NCBI GenBank assembly: GCA_949425635.1 | Contig: CASPWD010000010.1 | Location: forward strand, 6,194-70,193 | DNA length: 64,000 nt | Source: an uncultured Bacilli bacterium | GTDB taxonomy: Bacteria; Bacillota_I; Bacilli_A; RF39; UBA660 | Direction of reading: 5' to 3' | Part shown: piece after piece, positions 57,515 to 64,000 of the stretch | Numbering within the stretch: position 1 is the first letter of the stretch | How the letters are laid out: each line of letters begins with the position of its first letter | Program-made: the position numbers and the translations under genes | The notes under the pieces: generated by a model | Told to the model about the DNA's origin: nothing | Seen by the model: the letters and a program-made list of their open reading frames with translations, nothing else | Databases searched by the model: none

Positions 57515-57666
57515 TTTTACGTCTCCTTTATTTCTTGTTTTTTTTATTATAAATAATTTTATATCTTTCATCAACAAATAAGTTTATCTTAAATAGATAA
57601 TATTAATAATATATAGATTATTTTAATCAAATATGCTATTATTTATAATAGGAAAGAGGTAAAGAA

Positions 57667-58473
57667 ATGAAAAATTTAGATTTTAAGAAGTTGTTAGTTT
57701 TTATTGCAATAATTGCTATTGTTATTGTTTTAATCTTTGCTGGAATGAAACTAGTTGGCAATGGTAGTGGCAATACAAATAAAGAAGAACAAGAGAAGTT
57801 AAATGATGTAATGGAAGATTATTTTTCAGTTATTACTGAAGGACACGTTAGTTCTTATAATGGCGTAGATGTTTTATATAGTAAAGATAAAACTACTTAT
57901 GACGATTTAAATAAAGCAGCAGTTTTAAATCTTGCTACTAAATATGCTTATGAAAATGGTTTAGATACTAGTGTTTTAAATACATATCTTGAACAATTGG
58001 ATGAATCTGGATTGTATGGAGATATTAGTGAATATACTGCGTATAGTGGAAAAGGATTGAGACAAGCTGTTCTTGAATTATTTGGCGAGGAATTTGAAGA
58101 TATTTCAATAATTAATGAAAGTGGTTTTATTTATGATTTCTTCTATGTTGCAGATTTTGACATTTATTTAGTAAAACGTAATTCTATAGAAAGCTATGCT
58201 TCAAAAGAGCAAAATGTTGAATACAAAATTATCGAAACATCTAAAGATAAGAAGACTAAAAAATATTTTGTAACTGTTGCTGTTGCTTATACATATCAAA
58301 AAGATAAAGATACAATTATCTATGCTAGTGATAGTAATGGTACAAATATTGTTTCTGACTCTGGAAATACTTTCCCAGAAGATAAGATTAATGAATTTGA
58401 TAAATTTAAATTTACTTTAGCTTTAGATGATGATGGTCATTATACATTTGAAAATGTTGAAAAAGTTAGTTAA
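57667..58473 (+). CDS. Membrane-anchored extracytoplasmic protein, unknown function
   Basis: N-terminal TM LLVFIAIIAIVIVLIFAGM. RBS AAGAGG. Terminator at the stop. Confidence 0.6.
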   Translation: MKNLDFKKLLVFIAIIAIVIVLIFAGMKLVGNGSGNTNKEEQEKLNDVMEDYFSVITEGHVSSYNGVDVLYSKDKTTYDDLNKAAVLNLATKYAYENGLDTSVLNTYLEQLDESGLYGDISEYTAYSGKGLRQAVLELFGEEFEDISIINESGFIYDFFYVADFDIYLVKRNSIESYASKEQNVEYKIIETSKDKKTKKYFVTVAVAYTYQKDKDTIIYASDSNGTNIVSDSGNTFPEDKINEFDKFKFTLALDDDGHYTFENVEKVS

Positions 58474-58492
58474 TGTTAACTAACTTTTTTAT
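58464..58492 (+). terminator. Rho-independent terminator of the 268-aa gene
   Basis: agttagttaa-tg-ttaactaact followed by T6. The stop codon lies in the stem. Confidence 0.7.
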
Positions 58493-58493
58493 T

Positions 58494-58539
58494 GGAAGAA
58501 AAAAGTAATCAATTAGAATAAACTTAATTGATTACTTTC
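58494..58539 (-). terminator. Rho-independent terminator of polC
   Basis: 13-bp stem aaagtaatcaatt/aattgattacttt, formed with the last polC codons. Followed by TTTTTCTT on the minus strand. Confidence 0.6.
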
Positions 58540-61500
58540 TGACATATTATCTAAGCATCCTAATGCTTTTAATTTTTCCATTGCACTAGTATTTACTTTT
58601 CCTCTATTTCGTAAATCTTCCATTGAAATGAATGGACCTCCTTGACGAGCTTTAACAATTGCTTCAGCTACGTTCTCTCCCAAGCCATCTAAGGCTCTAA
58701 ATGGAATTATTAAGCCTTTTTCATCTTCAGTAATAATAAATTTCTTACCATCACTCTTATCAACATCAATATTTTTAAAATAGAATCCCCTTTCGCACAT
58801 TTCTAAACATAAACATAATGTATCTCTTGTATCTATTTCTTTATTACTTGCGGCATTGCCTTTTGCATCGATTTCATCAATCTTCGCTCTTAGAGCATCA
58901 GCGCCTTTAATCATTGACTCGATGTCGAATTGATCACGACGAATTGAAAGATATGCGCAATAATATAAAATCGGATGATGAACTTTAAACCAAGCAATAC
59001 GGAATGCTGATGTAACATAAGCTGTTGCATGAGCTTTAGGGAACATGTATTTTATTTTACGACAAGATTCAATATACCACTCAGGTATATTAGCTTCCTT
59101 CATCGTTTCAGCATGTGTTGCCCAAGTTGCTGGATCTTTTGAAGCTTTACCTTTACGAACAAATTCCATTATTTTAAATGCTTTAGCTGGTTTCATTCCC
59201 CATTGAATTAAATTAACCATGATATCGTCACGACATCCGATAACATTTTTAAATGGTACTTGAATTGTTCCAGTTTCATCTGGTGTACATAGATCTCTCG
59301 CATTTCCTAACCATACATCTGTACCATGTGAAAGTCCTGATATTTTAATAAGTTCGGCGAATGTTGTTGGTTTAGTTTCTTCTAGCATTCCAAGTAAGAA
59401 TGATGTACCAAATTCTGGTACACCAAGTGTACCTGTTGGGCAATATTTTCTACCTTCTTTGTCAGTTAAACCACGTAATTTATATCTATCTACGCCAAGT
59501 ATTTCTGGACCCGTAAATATCTTCATAGTGTCTAGGTCACCCAAATCGATTTTTGTAACATCAAAATAATCGCCATGAGTTATATATTTTGAAGCTAGTT
59601 CTTGTAGCATACGTAATACTGTTGGGTCATCGTGACCTAGTATATCTAACTTAAGTAAGTCAGCATCGATAGCATGATAATCAAAGTGAGTTGTACGCCA
59701 TGCACTATTTGGATCATCAGCTGGATATTGAAAAGGTGTAAAATCCCAAATATCTTTATATCCTGGAACAACAACTATTCCACCTGGATGTTGCCCAGTT
59801 GTCCTTTTTACTCCTGTACAACCAACTGCTATACGCTCTATCTCTGGAGTTCGAATTCCAGATTTTATAATACCTTTTTTCTTCAAGTCATCTTTTCCCA
59901 TTACTGATAAGCCATAACTTTGTGCTTCTATTTTTAGAATGTCATATAGTCTTTCTTCGTAGAAACCTTGTACATAGCCATAAGCTGTTTTGTCGGCCAC
60001 TGTACCAATAGTACCAGCACGATAGACATTATCTGTACCAAATAACACTTTTGTATATTCGTGGGCAGATGCTTGGTTATCTCCTGAGAAGTTAAGGTCG
60101 ATATCTGGAACTTTTTCACCCGCAAATCCTAAGAAAGTTGCAAATGGCATGTCATTACCTTCATGAATCATTAATGTGCCACATTTTGGACAATCTTTAG
60201 CTGGCAAGTCAAAACCAGAAGGATAGTTTTCGGCATAGCTTGTACCATTTTCGTCTTTAAATTCACTATGACAGCATTTAGGGCAATAGTAATGCGCTGG
60301 TAAACCATTACATTCTGTAATTCCCATCATACTCGCAACAAATGATGAACCAACAGATCCACGCGATCCTACTAAATATCCGTCATCATTTGAATGTTTA
60401 ACTAGCTTTTGAGCGATAAGATAGATAACGTCGAATCCTCCACCAATAATTCCTGTTAATTGGGCTTTAGCTGTTTCTTCTGCTTCTTCGTCTGTCATTG
60501 GAGTTTCTGATAGTCTCTTAACTTGGTCTTTCTTTAATGCTACTACTCCATCGTATCCACTCATGATTACGTCATGAACAGTAGGAATAAATATTTTATC
60601 TTTTTCTTCTTCGCTCATCTCTGGATGATCTATATCAATCTTTTCTCTAATTAAGTCAGTTATCTTATCTCCATAAAACTCTTGGGCAATACGTTCTTCA
60701 ATATTTGGAGGAAGTGGATCACCATACATACTATGAGCTTTATTAAATACTAGGTCACGACATGTTTCTTGAGAATGTTCAATTATTGGTGAGTATGGTT
60801 TATCTGGATAAACTACTACTTCAATTTCTTCTAACATATCAATAATCTTGTTTGGATTTGTAATAACTATTTCTTTAATTAAATCTTTATCTTCTAAAAA
60901 TGAGAATTCGTCCATCATTTCTCTAGTAGTTCTAAAAAATTGATTAGGTATATGACCAGATACTGAAGTTATCGAATCATTATAGTTGCCTGTTAATTCA
61001 TAAACACCTTCTTTTTCTTTAACAATACCTGCTACGGTAAGTTTTCTTAAAGTAGATGATACAGCCTTTAATTTTTCTCCTTCGCTTTCTTTACCTCTAA
61101 ATAAGTCTTCTGGATTTTCTTTCTTAATGAATTTTGGAATAAATTTTGGCACATATATAGAAGCTATATTTAATGCAGTAATTGGAATTTTTTTAATTTT
61201 AGTTAATATATAAATATATTTTAAAACTTTTTCTTCTACAACACCTAGGTTAACACCTTGGGAAGCACACTTCTCTATTACATTTTTGATATTATCATTA
61301 TTGGTATTTCGTTTATTGTTACCATTTAAATAACGAGCAAGTGGATGACGACCTTTTCCTGGGACATTTTGATTAACGATTATCTCACGATATAGTCGAT
61401 CTTCTTTATTTATATTATGTACATCGCCTGTAGCAACAATTATTTTGTCTAGTTTTTTAGCACATCTAATAATTTTCTTTAAACAATAATATAAGTGTTC

Positions 61501-64000
61501 CATATTATTAATATCGTGTCCACGTAATAAATGTGAATAATTTTCTGGTGGTTGAACTTCAATATAATCGTAGAATTTCATTGCTTCCATTAAAGCTTCA
61601 TCACTACGTGTTTCAGCTAAATAGAATATTTCTCCATTTAAGCAAGCGCTACCTACTAGTAATCCTTCTCGATTTTCTTCGATTAATTTTCTTGGAATAC
61701 GAGCATTTCTTTGAATAAAATTGGTATTAGCAAAACTTACTATTCTAAATAAGTTTTTTAACCCGACTTTATTTTTTGCTATAAATGTAACATGTTTGCT
61801 ATTATCATACATATTAGCAATATGTTCTGTATATGTTTTACCTGGAATATTTTCATACATTTGTAAGTAATCTTCATGACACCAAGGATATTTCCATCTA
61901 TATTCTGTATTTCCATACTTTTCAAATGGATATCCGCATTCTTCTGGTACTTCTTCCCCTTCAGAGGGCTTAAAAACATAATTTCTAAAGGTGCTTGCTT
62001 CACCAAGATGTTCTAAAAATTTTGGATTATTTTTTATAGCTATTTCTTCAAGTAAGCCTAAGTTGTTTAAATCATTAAGACGTTCAATTCCTTTTATTTG
62101 ACTTAGCATCTTATTGAATATATATCCTGTGTTTTCAGAGTCGACATCGGCACCATGGTGTTGTCCAACATAAACAACAATAGTAATTGATTTTTCTCCG
62201 AAGTCATCATTAAATTTAATTTCTATATCATTTTCAGCTGGATGTAACTTGATGATTGGCTCAAACTCAATTAATTCGACACCATCTTTTGTCTTAACTT
62301 CTATTTGTACTTCTTCCGTTTTTGAAGCTTTATGTAATGTTGCTAAATGATAGATGTTTCGATATTTTTTTACTTTTTCTTCTGTACTAATGTCTATATC
62401 ATAATATTCTTGTTTTTCAACATTTAAAATTTCTTCACCATCTACTAAAATACTAGTAAAAGATTCACCGATTTCTGGATCTATTATTGCGCCTGTAACC
62501 CCTGATTCTGATACAGACTCTTCATCATCGTCAGCTTCTCCTGTATCAATGCCATAGAATTTTCCTAATGCTGCTAAACTATGTCTTTTTAAATCACGAT
62601 TTATAACACGAGATAACATTAATGTATCAATAATTGGATTTTCAAGTTTACCTAAATCATACTTATAATAAGCCATGTCAAGCATGTTTTTATCGAATCT
62701 CGCATTGTGAGCAACTAATGGGAGATTGCCAATCCAATCTTTAAATCTTTTGATAACATTTTCTTCATTATCCGCATCTTTAACATCATCATCTGAAATA
62801 TCTGTAACACGAGTAATTTGTTCATCAATATGATGCCCTGGGTTAATAAGTTCATCAAAACGATCTACTACTTCACCATTATGGATTTTTACTCCACCAA
62901 TTTCAATCATTGAATCTCCAAGGCCTGGATTAAAACCTGTTGTTTCTGTATCGAATATAACGAATGTATTGCCTTCAAGTAATTCATCATTAGCGTTAAA
63001 ACACACATTTAGAAAAGATTCACACATTTCTATTTCTGTTCCATATCCAGCTTTAAAAAATTGTAAGTTTTTCTTTTCTTCTTCAGCTTGGGCAATCATG
63101 CGTTCCATTTCCGCAATTCCTTCAGCATTGCCTGTCTCTTTAATTTCTTCCAAACTTTTCTTTAAGTCATCTATTTTAGCTTGAGCTTTTTTCTTTAGTC
63201 CTTTGTTATAAGAAGTAACTTCGCCAAACACATGTGGGAAAGATTGACAACAGTCATGATCCGTTATGGCTATTCCTCTGTGTCCCCATTCCATAGCTTG
63301 TTTAACCAGTTTTACTTCATCGCACACCCCATCCATTTGGCTCATCATTGTATGAGAATGCAACTCAACTCTTTTTTCTGGTTCGTTATCAAGTCTTTTA
63401 TATGTAGGAGTATTTTCTAGTGGTTCATAGCTTCTAAAATTAAATACTAAGTCATCAGCAAAGTTGTCATGTCTTACTTGTCCTTTGAAACTAAACCATG
63501 CACCATTTTTTAACTCTTTACTCTTGGCAATAAAGTCTTCTTCATCTTTTGCAAAGCATTTTGCAAGAATACTAGAAGTATTATCACTTATTTTTAATGT
63601 TATTAGATATAAGTCTCGCCCATCTTTAGTTTTTAATTGATTAAATTCAGAGCCAAAAATATAAGCTTCTAAATGAACGTTGTTTTCTTCTTGGTCAATA
63701 CTTTCAATAGTTACTAAGCCTTCTCTTGAATATTCAATCTTTTTTTTAGGAGTCCAACTACCTTTACTATAACTATTACCGCTATTAAACTCTGGTTCTG
63801 GAGTATAGTCAACCTCAATTGGACGATTTTTTAATTCTTCTATTTCTTCTTGGATTTTTCTTTCATTTTCTTTATTAATTGCGGTCGTAATTTCCATTTC
63901 ATAAAATCCTAGATCGACTAAGCCGTCAACTAATCCTTTAATTTCTTTTTGCAACATATCATATTCTTCACTTTTACTGTCTAACTCAATAATTATGAAG
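58513..64000 (-). CDS. polC: DNA polymerase III alpha subunit, PolC type, unusually long (more than 1814 aa), 5' end outside the window
   Basis: OB domain, PHP (VELHSHT), DnaQ-like exonuclease (FVIFDTETTGF, VAHNARFD, HHGADVD), zinc module (CPKCCH...CPKCG), and GVKRTTGQHPGG. The frame stays open upstream of the first ATG to nt 64000. Confidence 0.95.
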   Translation of the reverse strand, partial: FIIIELDSKSEEYDMLQKEIKGLVDGLVDLGFYEMEITTAINKENERKIQEEIEELKNRPIEVDYTPEPEFNSGNSYSKGSWTPKKKIEYSREGLVTIESIDQEENNVHLEAYIFGSEFNQLKTKDGRDLYLITLKISDNTSSILAKCFAKDEEDFIAKSKELKNGAWFSFKGQVRHDNFADDLVFNFRSYEPLENTPTYKRLDNEPEKRVELHSHTMMSQMDGVCDEVKLVKQAMEWGHRGIAITDHDCCQSFPHVFGEVTSYNKGLKKKAQAKIDDLKKSLEEIKETGNAEGIAEMERMIAQAEEEKKNLQFFKAGYGTEIEMCESFLNVCFNANDELLEGNTFVIFDTETTGFNPGLGDSMIEIGGVKIHNGEVVDRFDELINPGHHIDEQITRVTDISDDDVKDADNEENVIKRFKDWIGNLPLVAHNARFDKNMLDMAYYKYDLGKLENPIIDTLMLSRVINRDLKRHSLAALGKFYGIDTGEADDDEESVSESGVTGAIIDPEIGESFTSILVDGEEILNVEKQEYYDIDISTEEKVKKYRNIYHLATLHKASKTEEVQIEVKTKDGVELIEFEPIIKLHPAENDIEIKFNDDFGEKSITIVVYVGQHHGADVDSENTGYIFNKMLSQIKGIERLNDLNNLGLLEEIAIKNNPKFLEHLGEASTFRNYVFKPSEGEEVPEECGYPFEKYGNTEYRWKYPWCHEDYLQMYENIPGKTYTEHIANMYDNSKHVTFIAKNKVGLKNLFRIVSFANTNFIQRNARIPRKLIEENREGLLVGSACLNGEIFYLAETRSDEALMEAMKFYDYIEVQPPENYSHLLRGHDINNMEHLYYCLKKIIRCAKKLDKIIVATGDVHNINKEDRLYREIIVNQNVPGKGRHPLARYLNGNNKRNTNNDNIKNVIEKCASQGVNLGVVEEKVLKYIYILTKIKKIPITALNIASIYVPKFIPKFIKKENPEDLFRGKESEGEKLKAVSSTLRKLTVAGIVKEKEGVYELTGNYNDSITSVSGHIPNQFFRTTREMMDEFSFLEDKDLIKEIVITNPNKIIDMLEEIEVVVYPDKPYSPIIEHSQETCRDLVFNKAHSMYGDPLPPNIEERIAQEFYGDKITDLIREKIDIDHPEMSEEEKDKIFIPTVHDVIMSGYDGVVALKKDQVKRLSETPMTDEEAEETAKAQLTGIIGGGFDVIYLIAQKLVKHSNDDGYLVGSRGSVGSSFVASMMGITECNGLPAHYYCPKCCHSEFKDENGTSYAENYPSGFDLPAKDCPKCGTLMIHEGNDMPFATFLGFAGEKVPDIDLNFSGDNQASAHEYTKVLFGTDNVYRAGTIGTVADKTAYGYVQGFYEERLYDILKIEAQSYGLSVMGKDDLKKKGIIKSGIRTPEIERIAVGCTGVKRTTGQHPGGIVVVPGYKDIWDFTPFQYPADDPNSAWRTTHFDYHAIDADLLKLDILGHDDPTVLRMLQELASKYITHGDYFDVTKIDLGDLDTMKIFTGPEILGVDRYKLRGLTDKEGRKYCPTGTLGVPEFGTSFLLGMLEETKPTTFAELIKISGLSHGTDVWLGNARDLCTPDETGTIQVPFKNVIGCRDDIMVNLIQWGMKPAKAFKIMEFVRKGKASKDPATWATHAETMKEANIPEWYIESCRKIKYMFPKAHATAYVTSAFRIAWFKVHHPILYYCAYLSIRRDQFDIESMIKGADALRAKIDEIDAKGNAASNKEIDTRDTLCLCLEMCERGFYFKNIDVDKSDGKKFIITEDEKGLIIPFRALDGLGENVAEAIVKARQGGPFISMEDLRNRGKVNTSAMEKLKALGCLDNMSESNQLSLF

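Noticed and set aside
59934-62006. Minus-strand small ORFs at 59934-60125 and 61779-62006 within polC.
   Set aside because: They sit in alternative frames of the same strand as polC and have no RBS or motifs. They are frame-shadow artefacts.
58513-64000. An intein as the explanation for the oversized PolC.
   Set aside because: None of the inserted segments starts with Cys, Ser or Thr after a conserved extein junction. None ends with His-Asn followed by Cys, Ser or Thr. No homing-endonuclease (LAGLIDADG or HNH) motifs are visible. The extra length is spread over six or more sites.

Overview
64-kb chromosomal segment from a very AT-rich, PolC-type Bacillota (Firmicutes) genome. GC content was judged by eye, not computed. 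I counted about 60 CDS, and all but three (rpmB, tmcAL and a 268-aa gene) lie on the minus strand. Standard code 11 fits, because long ORFs stay intact with TGA as a stop.

The housekeeping backbone follows Bacillus-like synteny. One block runs radC-mreC-mreD-(SpoIVFA/SpoIVFB-like)-rplU-prp-rpmA-obg. Other backbone genes are polA, mutM, polC (5' end off-window), fmt, folA, rpmB, yceD-rpmF, tmcAL and a P-type ATPase.

The non-housekeeping content is the interesting part:
1. A five-gene surface operon (24026-32074). It encodes a vWA protein, a Cna-B/Flg_new adhesin, two TasA/camelysin-like proteins with SipW-type signal peptides, and a TasA-like protein ending in an NPDTG sortase-type sorting signal. 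Its putative promoter has an (AT)11 tract as the -35/-10 spacer. No sipW or sortase gene lies in the window. A second, paralogous vWA locus starts at 1257 and runs off the left edge.
2. An 1115-aa protein with a sigma-70 region-2-like head followed by about 10-12 tandem region-4-like HTH units.
3. Two tandem paralogous membrane proteins plus a GNAT, inserted inside the conserved spoIVFB-rplU block.
4. A seven-gene operon from folA to an ATP-grasp enzyme, near an atypical stand-alone tRNA-Thr(GGU).
5. A PolC of more than 1814 aa carrying several large insertions, including about 125 aa inside the proofreading exonuclease domain.
6. A P-type ATPase relic lacking all catalytic domains.

I saw no rRNA, CRISPR array, transposase or integrase. 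All product calls rest on motif recognition by eye and need HMM or structure confirmation.
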